Virus record (IMG/VR): IMGVR_UViG_3300006620_000007
DNA: 64,000 nt
Source of the DNA: a virus
Lineage: Duplodnaviria > Caudoviricetes
Reading direction: 5' to 3' (one strand)
Both the position numbers and the translations under genes were made by a program. Positions 41,676 to 49,280 of this stretch are shown piece by piece. Numbering within the stretch: the stretch's first letter is position 1; every line of letters begins with the position of its first letter. The notes beneath the pieces were generated by a model that was not told where the DNA came from, did no database searches, and saw only the letters and a list, made by a program, of their open reading frames with translations.

Positions 41676-42031
41676 TACACTTCCAAGTAACTTACTGTTG
41701 CTGATAGATTATAAGGAGTTTGTCCTTCTAATATAATTCTATCACCTGCTTCTAATACCATTTTTTCTGTATCAAACGTAAACGTATCTGAACCTGCTAC
41801 TCTTACTCTTTTTGCAATTTGTGTTTGAGCACCAACTGCAATCGATCCTGTACCAGTTGGATTAGCAACTGCTGGAACAATATATAAGTCAAAAGTTGTA
41901 TCGTTTGCACCGCTTAAATCTTCTGCCGCAGTATTACAAACCACTAAGGTTAAGATAGCGTACTGTTTACTCGCGGGTACAGTAACTATTGCTTTTTGTG
42001 TATTGTCAATTAATATGTTTGCTAATGCCAT
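41675..42031 (-). CDS. Small virion protein (probably leaderless)
   Basis: YAI.TL.VCN...DTFTFDTEKMVL..GD; TAAATA-N5-ATG. Confidence 0.6.
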   Translation of the reverse strand: MALANILIDNTQKAIVTVPASKQYAILTLVVCNTAAEDLSGANDTTFDLYIVPAVANPTGTGSIAVGAQTQIAKRVRVAGSDTFTFDTEKMVLEAGDRIILEGQTPYNLSATVSYLEV

Positions 42032-42045
42032 CGTAATATTTATCC

Positions 42046-43023
42046 TTACAATAGATACCCAAACATTAGGGCTCTATTTCTACTTATTAGTTCATCTCTC
42101 TCGTTGTTTGTATTTACATAATATACGCCTGTGTTACCTGGACCTTCTGACTTAGAATAAAGATTTACACCGTCTGCTGGTGCTAATGGATCAACTGCAA
42201 CATCATCAACTCCTGGTGTTGTTGCAATGTTTAGTACATCTTTAATTCTTACAGTACCTGTACCTGGTGCTTCAAGTATCAAATCACCGTTACTAACTGT
42301 TCCTGAGATAGTTTGGTCTTTGATGCGTACATCATTTAATTCAATTCTGTCTGGATAGAATGTTGATATAATGGAACTATCCATCATAAAATCAACTCTA
42401 CTTTGGCCACTAATATCAGAAGCATCAGTTACTTCTACTTGTGTGTTACCGTCTGCAATTTTTCTAATTGCTAAATCGTTTAGTGTTGCATCAATAACTT
42501 CATCAACATATAATTTATTTGTAAGTGCATGATCATCGTCATTGTTCTTAATGCTGTTACTATATGTTACTGCTGATCCAACTATTTTAACTGTTTCACC
42601 ATTTGTGTCAAGATATAAACTACTGCCGCCTGTTTGAATACTTGGTGCTCTAATACCTAAGTTGTTTCCAAGTACATCTCTAAATACAAATGTACCAAAC
42701 ACTTCAGTTGCTGGTGCGTTTGGATTTACGTGTTCAATTGTTTCGTCAATTAAGAATAGTGCATCTTCCTTGGTGCCTCTATCAATTCTAATACCAGAAG
42801 TGCCTTCTCCAACACCTGCACCTGTTTCACCTCTGTTTAATAAAATAATATTATCTTCAAGTTCTAAGTTTGTAGATTGTACCGTTACAGTATCACCTTC
42901 AACTATAAGGTCACCAGTTACACGTACTTCACCTGAGGCAACACCTGTGTCAAGACGAATAGTCCCACCACTTTGTGTTTTTACTGTATAATTACCATTT
43001 GGTACACTTACAAATTTTGACAT
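42046..43023 (-). CDS. Virion structural protein
   Basis: V.GDL.V.G......S.....EDNII.LN.GETG.G.....SGI.IDRG fibre-shaft motif; TNK.YVD. Confidence 0.6.
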   Translation of the reverse strand: MSKFVSVPNGNYTVKTQSGGTIRLDTGVASGEVRVTGDLIVEGDTVTVQSTNLELEDNIILLNRGETGAGVGEGTSGIRIDRGTKEDALFLIDETIEHVNPNAPATEVFGTFVFRDVLGNNLGIRAPSIQTGGSSLYLDTNGETVKIVGSAVTYSNSIKNNDDDHALTNKLYVDEVIDATLNDLAIRKIADGNTQVEVTDASDISGQSRVDFMMDSSIISTFYPDRIELNDVRIKDQTISGTVSNGDLILEAPGTGTVRIKDVLNIATTPGVDDVAVDPLAPADGVNLYSKSEGPGNTGVYYVNTNNERDELISRNRALMFGYLL

Positions 43024-43042
43024 TCTAAAATCCTAAAGTTAC

Positions 43043-43064
43043 TGTAGGGGATTGCTCCCCTACA
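43043..43064 (-). terminator. Stable hairpin (terminator or processing/stabilising stem)
   Basis: TGTAGGGG-AGCAAT-CCCCTACA just after the stop of 43077..43526; U-tract weak. Confidence 0.5.
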
Positions 43065-43076
43065 ATATATTCTATA

Positions 43077-43526
43077 TTATGCGTTAGCGAAATCGTCATC
43101 ATCAGTACCTGATAAGACGTCATCGTCACCCGCTTCTTCAACTTGTACTTTACTGTCGTTGTTTGCAGTACTAAAGTTCCATGCAATTGACGTTCCAGTT
43201 AAAGCGTTAGAACCAGTACCATCTGGTGAAATGATTGTTGCTTTTCTTCCAGAAATCTTAGAAATTTGATAAGTTTCTGCGTCATCACCTTTAACAGTGA
43301 TTGCCATTTCAGTACCAGTAAGTGCTGTTGCTAATTTACCTGTTGTTAAGAAACGATCGTATGTAGTTCCTGGTGTACCGATTGCCGCTACACGAAACTT
43401 CTTCGCTCCTAATTGTTTAACAATATAACCTTCAGTAACAGCAGAGCCGTTATGAAAGTCTACCTTGATTTCGTTGCCACCTGCTGTAGGTACTCCGAAA
43501 AATCTTTTATTAATTGGTCTTCCCAT
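43077..43526 (-). CDS. Hypothetical protein, possibly capsid-associated
   Basis: MGRPINKRFFG..., GYIVKQ.G.KKF.V; strong SD; near the major capsid gene. Confidence 0.55.
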   Translation of the reverse strand: MGRPINKRFFGVPTAGGNEIKVDFHNGSAVTEGYIVKQLGAKKFRVAAIGTPGTTYDRFLTTGKLATALTGTEMAITVKGDDAETYQISKISGRKATIISPDGTGSNALTGTSIAWNFSTANNDSKVQVEEAGDDDVLSGTDDDDFANA

Positions 43527-43618
43527 TTTGTTTTCTCCTATAAAGTAGTCCTATCCGGGTTCTATCCGGTACGCAGTTGGTATTCTGCATAAGTCCGCCT
43601 TGCGGCACACTATCTGAC
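43527..43618 (-). promoter_or_regulatory. Structured 5' leader (candidate cis-regulatory RNA)
   Basis: After TAAATA (43624-43629): GCC-GCAA-GGC (GNRA loop), TATGCAG-N8-CTGCGTA, CCGG-ATAGAAC-CCGG, then SD AGGAG. Confidence 0.55.
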
Positions 43619-43626
43619 ACAAGTAT

Positions 43627-44046
43627 TTATCTAATAGACAGAACTGGAGAATATTTTGGCTTTGTTGCTATATTGATAAATTCACGTACAAAGTCAAATC
43701 TCAGTGCTAATAGTTCAAATATTTCTATGTCTAAATTGGTTGTAGCAAGGTTGTAACTGCTTTTTCCTATATTAGAATAATAATCAACGCTCATACCATA
43801 ATCGGGAAATACGCCTGTAACAAAAAGACACGTGTCACCCAGTTCTTTTGCTGATAATCTATAAGGTTGCTTCAATGTGAGATATGCTTCTGCGAATGTT
43901 TTTTCTGGAAGGAAATTTGGCTTGTCTAATTTGTCTGCAAGAAGCATCACTACATACGCTTCAACTTCTACGGGAAGTTCGTAACCTGTAGTTGACTGTG
44001 CGTCTTTGACCAAGTCGTAAAAGGCCGTTGTGTATTCGTCCTTCAT
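43627..44046 (-). CDS. Hypothetical helical protein (bacterial-type unknown family); start reassigned to ATG at 44046
   Basis: EAYVVMLL, ELGDTCLF.TG.FP, VDYY..IGKSSY; TAAATA (44052-44057) lies 5 nt upstream of the ATG. Confidence 0.6.
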   Translation of the reverse strand: MKDEYTTAFYDLVKDAQSTTGYELPVEVEAYVVMLLADKLDKPNFLPEKTFAEAYLTLKQPYRLSAKELGDTCLFVTGVFPDYGMSVDYYSNIGKSSYNLATTNLDIEIFELLALRFDFVREFINIATKPKYSPVLSIR

Positions 44047-44070
44047 ACAAGTATTTATCGGGGAAAACAA

Positions 44071-44298
44071 CTATAACACTACTCGGGAGGCCTTGCTGTG
44101 AACTCACCTCCAACTTTCGATAAGCAGATCACATCTGAATTTTGCAAGGTTTAGATATGATACCTACTTCCAACCACCTCCATCTAAACCGAGCCACTTG
44201 GCCGCTTAAAAGACTTTAGTGTGCATTACGCCCCTGCCGAAGCGTTATTCTGCCACAAGTGCTAAGAGTTTATAACTCTCTTAGTTTGTGTTAAAGTT
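44071..44298 (-). ncRNA. Candidate structured ncRNA (~225 nt) with its own sigma70-type promoter
   Basis: No substantial ORF; stems 44148-44156/44182-44190, 44125-44137, 44262-44284, 44228-44245; ends pair (44074-44079/44288-44293). Confidence 0.55.
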
Positions 44299-44304
44299 AA
44301 TATT

Positions 44305-44333
44305 AATATAACATTATTTGCAGAAAAAAGCAA
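44305..44333 (-). promoter_or_regulatory. Sigma70-type promoter TTGCTT-N17-TATATT with extended -10 TG
   Basis: -35 at 44328-44333, -10 at 44305-44310, 17-nt spacer. Confidence 0.6.
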
Positions 44334-44372
44334 GAGGTAGGTTTACCAAAATATATATTTTGATTCAGCCAT

Positions 44373-44402
44373 AAAAAAAGGGCGACCTAAGCCGCCCTTT
44401 TT
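44373..44402 (-). terminator. Intrinsic terminator of the major capsid gene (possibly bidirectional)
   Basis: AAAAAAAGGGCG-ACCTAAGC-CGCCCTTTTT: GC stem flanked by A/T tracts. Confidence 0.85.
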
Positions 44403-44423
44403 CGTTTCTATTAATTCTAAGAA

Positions 44424-45587
44424 TTAACTGAATGTTACACCTGTAACTGATACACGTGCCAAGTAGTCTGCCGCATTACCAAGTGATGATGCTGTGTTGT
44501 TTAACTCAACATAACCATATCTTGTCATGAATGAAACTACAGGCTCAAATGTACCTGGATCCAACACAACGCCTGAAGACATTAGCGGAATGTATGGGCA
44601 ATAGAATGCCGCCGCATCTGCTTCTGATGTTCCTTTGTATCCAACAAGTACGTCTGTACTGTCTGTTGCATAAGCGTCTACGTATACTTTCATAGCGCCG
44701 TTTAATGTACCAACAAGTTTAGTGTTAGTAGGTGCTTCAAAAGTTCCTTCAGTTGTTCTTGCGAACGCTGAAGTTGTAGCAGACTGAAGTACTGTTAACG
44801 TATGCGGTGATACCACTGCAAAGTTACCAGCGCCACGTCTTGTACGCTGTGCGATCTTGTTAGCCGCTCTGTTAATCATTACAGCAAGTGCCGCATGTTC
44901 GTCACCGACGAATGTAGCAGTTCCTGATACAGCAGTTTGATCGTACTGTACATCTGATTCAGCCGCGCCAGCCAAGTTACGTAAAGAAGCAAGAACTTCT
45001 TGGTCGATTTCAGCAGTAATTTCTTGTGCTAAAGCCGCCATAATTTCCGCTTCAACGTCGATACCCTGTTGTGCTTGTGCATCTTGTGCAGATTCAAAAG
45101 TCCAACGAGCACTTAACTTACGTGTTTTCGCTTCAACTGTTTGTTTTAAGATCTGAATTGACAAACGCTTACCTGCGTCACCTTCAAGTGCCGCTGTAGC
45201 CGCCGCCTTATCAGTAGATCCACCACCTGAATAGCCTAAGCCAATTTTGAACGGTGATAGAGCCTCTTCGCCTGCAGTCACATCATCTAATGTGTCTGAG
45301 TAACGAACTCTTAATGTGTGGATTTGACCCACTGGTCCTGTCATAGGTTGTACACCAACGATTTCGTTAGCGATAACTGTAGGCATGACCCTTCTTATTA
45401 CTGGTAGGATAACTCTATTTAAAGTTGCAACATTACCGGCAGAAGTTGCACCTGCTGTAGCCGACTCAGCCAAGTATTTCTTGGTGTTGTCAAGCGTAGC
45501 AGACATAACAGACTTCTTATTGCCTTGTAGGCCTTCAAGTAATGCGCTCTTAGTTTCCTGCCATCTACTTTCTAATAGTTCTGACAT
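44424..45587 (-). CDS. gp23: Major capsid protein, T4 gp23-like
   Basis: LPVIRRVMP..IA.EIVGVQPMTGPVGQIHTLR, VEAKTRKL.ARWT.E.AQD, EITAEIDQE, FYCPYIPL, F.P...FMTRYG. Confidence 0.95.
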   Translation of the reverse strand: MSELLESRWQETKSALLEGLQGNKKSVMSATLDNTKKYLAESATAGATSAGNVATLNRVILPVIRRVMPTVIANEIVGVQPMTGPVGQIHTLRVRYSDTLDDVTAGEEALSPFKIGLGYSGGGSTDKAAATAALEGDAGKRLSIQILKQTVEAKTRKLSARWTFESAQDAQAQQGIDVEAEIMAALAQEITAEIDQEVLASLRNLAGAAESDVQYDQTAVSGTATFVGDEHAALAVMINRAANKIAQRTRRGAGNFAVVSPHTLTVLQSATTSAFARTTEGTFEAPTNTKLVGTLNGAMKVYVDAYATDSTDVLVGYKGTSEADAAAFYCPYIPLMSSGVVLDPGTFEPVVSFMTRYGYVELNNTASSLGNAADYLARVSVTGVTFS

Positions 45588-45597
45588 TGATTTCTCC

Positions 45598-46704
45598 TTA
45601 TTTTAATCCTGCAAGTCTTCTAATATCTACGACATTATCTGTTGCAGAATTACTTGCGCCATTTCTAACGTTAGATTCTTCTTTATTGCCTGTTACTTCT
45701 TTTGCCTCGGTAAGTGTCGCCTTCTTCTTCTCTGGAGTGTTACCATCTATAACGGACGGTAAGTACTTGTCAAACTGTTTTTGGATATTAGCAGTTTGTA
45801 CAGACTCCAGCAAGTCTGACATAATTTCTTTCTGTTCCTTGCTCAATGGAGCAGTTAACTCGGAAATTACTTCTTTTCTCTTTGCAGTATCTTGTGCTTT
45901 TTTGAACTCAAGATCCTTAGACTCAACTAATTTAGTTGTTTTCTCAACAGTTGCTTTCGCTTCTGCTAATTGCTTGTCTTTCACCTCTACAACTTTTAAA
46001 AGTTTAGCAGTTTCTGATTTCTCATTCAAGTAAGAATTTGTATATTCTTCCGCAAACGTTTCAAACAGTTTTCTACCAAAGTCGTTTTTACGTGCAACGT
46101 CGATGTCTTCTTTAAGTTGCCCAATCTCTTTTGTAAGAGTTTTTGCAACTGTGTTTTCAACAACCTTCGCGCCATTTTTAACGAATTTTTCTTTTACAGT
46201 ATCAAGATGCTTCTTAGCCTCTCTAATTAGTCGAACTTTAGTTTCTGCAAGATCCTTTTTGTCTTCGTGGAACTCTGCAATTTCTTTTGCCAAAGCCTCT
46301 ACCACAAATTCCTCAAGTTTGCCAAATTTAGTTGACATTGCTTTTTGGTCTTCGTGTAACTCTGAAACTTCCTTGCCTAATTGTGCAACAACAAAGTTTT
46401 TAAGTAGGTCTGCGTTTTCACGCATTGCTACATGATACTTTGCTCTTGCTTCAGCAAGTTTTGTGCGGTCATCAGCAAATTCCGTAATCTCTGCACTAAG
46501 TCTATCCTCAACCATTTTTTCCACTGCTTCAGCCATTACTGACTTATCGTGGTCATATTTTTGAGCAAATTCTTCGCGAAGTTCTGCGGTTACTTCCTGA
46601 CGGTTCTCTGTAATCTTAGCCGCCCATGCTTCTTCAATAGATGCTTTGATGTCTTCCGAAATTACGTTATTCTCAAAAAGTGATTTCAGTGCTTCCAACA
46701 TCAT
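45598..46704 (-). CDS. gp22: Prohead core scaffolding protein, gp22-like
   Basis: Coiled-coil, Glu/Lys-rich, between protease and capsid genes; ends IRRLAGL. Confidence 0.75.
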   Translation of the reverse strand: MMLEALKSLFENNVISEDIKASIEEAWAAKITENRQEVTAELREEFAQKYDHDKSVMAEAVEKMVEDRLSAEITEFADDRTKLAEARAKYHVAMRENADLLKNFVVAQLGKEVSELHEDQKAMSTKFGKLEEFVVEALAKEIAEFHEDKKDLAETKVRLIREAKKHLDTVKEKFVKNGAKVVENTVAKTLTKEIGQLKEDIDVARKNDFGRKLFETFAEEYTNSYLNEKSETAKLLKVVEVKDKQLAEAKATVEKTTKLVESKDLEFKKAQDTAKRKEVISELTAPLSKEQKEIMSDLLESVQTANIQKQFDKYLPSVIDGNTPEKKKATLTEAKEVTGNKEESNVRNGASNSATDNVVDIRRLAGLK

Positions 46705-46711
46705 GTTCTCC

Positions 46712-47332
46712 TTATTTTAAACCTTGGATAATGTTAACCAAAGATTCTTTCAAATACTTCTGTGCCTTTGTGTCTTCTTTTACTTCGCGAGCCATATTAA
46801 ATGCCTTATACCCACCTGTGGTATTCATCAAGTGCTCGTATATTGGAGTTGGATATGCTCCTGGAGCCGATGGTTGAGCAACTATATCAACTGTGATAAT
46901 CTCAAAGTCGCTTACGTTACTGTCTTCGTTTACGTTACCTGAACCACGCGATGAAACACCAAGTTTAACTCCGCTTTCCAGCATTGTTTTAACAAGTTGT
47001 CCCATCGGCGTAGGTAATACTTTTAACTTTCCATAACCGTTTGGTCCATCCATCCACATTTCTTTAATCATGTGCGAACAACGGTCAAGGTTAATGTTAA
47101 GGCCTTCTGGATGATCAACTTCACCAAGAACTGAATATCCTCCTTGAATCTGATCGTTAAGAGTATTGACAGCCCTACTAATTTCACTTACGGGGTATAT
47201 ACGTTGGTTCGCATTGCGAACGCCACCCTGTATACAAATACCTTTTAAATGAAGGTCTTTGCCGTCCTCAGTAGATTCCAGAACGATCTGCGCCTGGTCG
47301 AATGTCAAGTTCTCACGTAATAAGTTCATCAA
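46712..47332 (-). CDS. gp21: Prohead protease, gp21-like
   Basis: LKGICIQ...RN.N.R.YP, LGE.DHP, LGVSSRG.G, DIVA.PSAP.AYP. Confidence 0.92.
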   Translation of the reverse strand: MMNLLRENLTFDQAQIVLESTEDGKDLHLKGICIQGGVRNANQRIYPVSEISRAVNTLNDQIQGGYSVLGEVDHPEGLNINLDRCSHMIKEMWMDGPNGYGKLKVLPTPMGQLVKTMLESGVKLGVSSRGSGNVNEDSNVSDFEIITVDIVAQPSAPGAYPTPIYEHLMNTTGGYKAFNMAREVKEDTKAQKYLKESLVNIIQGLK

Positions 47333-47346
47333 CTATTCCCTAACAA

Positions 47347-48306
47347 TTAAGAGCCGATAACTGAATCAGTATCTGCTCCGCTTTCCGACTTTTCAGCCGC
47401 TTTAGCGTTTGACATTGATTTAGATGCTTTACCACCTGGAACGTTAACGTTGCCAGCATCTTCAGTCTTAGGAGCACTTACAGTACCGCCTTTTTCTTCA
47501 GATGAACCTTTTGCAATGTTAGCAGTTGTTCCACCCATGTCATTTTTACCAGCAACTGGAGATTTTGCTTTGTTATCTTCGCCTTTTGGCTCAGCAACTT
47601 TTTCTACATACTCTCTCATTTGCTCAGTTTGTGATTTAGTACCTTCAAATGCTGGTACTTCATCTTCTACGCTAAGATCGGAAGCAGGCTCAATAGCCTC
47701 GTCTTCCTTTTCTTCGTCGTCACCCATGTCATCCATTGGTGCTTCCTCAGAATCATCATCGTCACCTTCTTCCTTATCGCCCATCATTTTTTCAAATTCT
47801 GCTTTAAGGTCGTCAAGTGCGTCTTCTAAATCAACAACACGGTCTTCCATATCTTCGTCACCCTTGTCGTCGTCACCTTCTTCGCCGTCTGCATCTGCTT
47901 CGATATCAGCCATCATGTCGTCTGCTGGATCGCCGCCCATGTCATCATCTGCTTCTGGTGTAATTTCTGCAAAGTTTTCATCAACTGCTTCGTCTTTAGA
48001 CTCATCAGTTTTTTCGTCTTCGTCTTTTGCTTCGTCAACGTTTTCATCTTTAGACTCATCTGTTTTTTCATCTTCGTCTTTTGCTTCGTCAACTTCTTCG
48101 TCTTTTGAAGATTCATCAACTTCTTCGTCAGTTGCTTCGTTAGTGTCTTCGTCCTTAGACTCGTCTGCTAACTCATCTTCTAATAAATTTTCATAAATTG
48201 TTCTTGATTTTTCAACGACGATTTCATGGAACAGTTCTTCTGCACCTTTCTTATCTTCGTTAACTAATTTTTCAAGCATTTGCTCGAATTTGTTACGGTC
48301 TGCCAT
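47347..48306 (-). CDS. Highly acidic prohead core protein
   Basis: Asp/Glu-rich, upstream of the protease; own TAAATA box (48351-48356) and SD AGGAGG. Confidence 0.6.
   Translation of the reverse strand: MADRNKFEQMLEKLVNEDKKGAEELFHEIVVEKSRTIYENLLEDELADESKDEDTNEATDEEVDESSKDEEVDEAKDEDEKTDESKDENVDEAKDEDEKTDESKDEAVDENFAEITPEADDDMGGDPADDMMADIEADADGEEGDDDKGDEDMEDRVVDLEDALDDLKAEFEKMMGDKEEGDDDDSEEAPMDDMGDDEEKEDEAIEPASDLSVEDEVPAFEGTKSQTEQMREYVEKVAEPKGEDNKAKSPVAGKNDMGGTTANIAKGSSEEKGGTVSAPKTEDAGNVNVPGGKASKSMSNAKAAEKSESGADTDSVIGS
47993..48100 (-). repeat. 54-nt (18-aa) tandem duplication VDEAKDEDEKTDESKDE
   Basis: TCTTTAGACTCATC at 47993 and 48047. Confidence 0.8.
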
Positions 48307-48420
48307 TGTAGTACCTCCTATAAGTTTACGTTTGGTAAGGCTGTCAATAATATTTACATATAATAGGGAAAATACGTGGAATATAGGCTCAAAACGCAGG
48401 ATTTTGAAACCTTAATGAAA

Positions 48421-49017
48421 TTAACCGAAGTTTTTCTGAAAATCTTCGATTGTTACGTGGGATAAATTTGTAAAGTTTTTTAGACTTCCTGGTAGGAATT
48501 TATCTCCTTCTGCTACTACTCTTATATATCTCTTTCTGTGATTTCTTTGGCATATTATGCCTACTTGACGCTCCCAGTTACCAAAATACGTTGCAGGGTC
48601 GTTTTCTCGCTTGTAATTAAATGTACCAGCGTATAAGTTGTTTACTTTATCATCGCCTTTTCCGGTGCCTGTAGTGCCTTTAAAGTCAAATCCTAACAAA
48701 TATATAGGATCGTGTCCGTGGTCTGAAGCAAGATCTAATGCTGTAGGACCACTGCTCCAGCCCTTACTGGGGTTTAAAATGTTGAGTCCTTGTATGTCGT
48801 TTAGTTGTTTATTGTGATTAGTGTATACTTTGTTGTGCTTTTGCCAGCCTGTTTTGCATATTTCAAGCACCATCTTGGCGTCTACTGCTACAAGATAGTC
48901 TGGCCTAAAGTCTCTATAAACTGCGTTACAGGCATAGATAGGACCGTATTGTTTTAATGCTTCTAAACTTATGGGTTTGCGACTTGTGCCGTTACCAACA
49001 ACGAATGCTGTTGACAT
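48421..49017 (-). CDS. Maf/DUF115/sialyltransferase-like Rossmann protein
   Basis: AFVVGNG.SR, YACNA.YR...PDYLVAVD, SSGPTAL.LA, IYLLGFD. Confidence 0.6.
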   Translation of the reverse strand: MSTAFVVGNGTSRKPISLEALKQYGPIYACNAVYRDFRPDYLVAVDAKMVLEICKTGWQKHNKVYTNHNKQLNDIQGLNILNPSKGWSSGPTALDLASDHGHDPIYLLGFDFKGTTGTGKGDDKVNNLYAGTFNYKRENDPATYFGNWERQVGIICQRNHRKRYIRVVAEGDKFLPGSLKNFTNLSHVTIEDFQKNFG

Positions 49018-49025
49018 ATCATCTC

Positions 49026-49265
49026 CTATGCTTCAGGTTGTGATGCCAATCCGTACATCTGTCTTACAAAATGTAACTCTTTCTTTTGTTCTTCGTTATG
49101 GAATTCGCCGGCTCTACGTGCTTTGTTGATTTGACGTAGGCTTAATCTTGTTTTTCTTGTGTCGTCTCTTGATACAACACCTTCATCGTCAACAGAATCA
49201 TATGACTTGTCTTCTGCTGGCTCAAGTGTTTCTTTGTCAAAATAAAATAATTCTCTTAGTATCAT
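49026..49265 (-). CDS. Small conserved head-module protein (probably leaderless)
   Basis: MILRELF...DTRKTRL.L.QINK.R...QMYG; TAAATA-N5-ATG. Confidence 0.6.
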   Translation of the reverse strand: MILRELFYFDKETLEPAEDKSYDSVDDEGVVSRDDTRKTRLSLRQINKARRAGEFHNEEQKKELHFVRQMYGLASQPEA

Positions 49266-49280
49266 GTAACTATTTATTCC

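Noticed and set aside
43550-43570. AGAACCCGG resembling the RNase P RNA 3' conserved motif
   Set aside because: No GAGGAAAGUCC partner; the element is too short and the bases form a local hairpin.
44085-44125. CTTATCGAAAGTTGGAGG resembling a SAM-I riboswitch 5' end
   Set aside because: Downstream SAM-I core elements and the P1 partner strand are absent.
47450-48196. 248-aa + strand Ser-rich ORF, and similar antisense ORFs (51493..52236, 54841..55494, 56494..57051, 45587..46033, many short ones)
   Set aside because: Shadows of well-supported opposite-strand genes; composition mirrors their codon bias.
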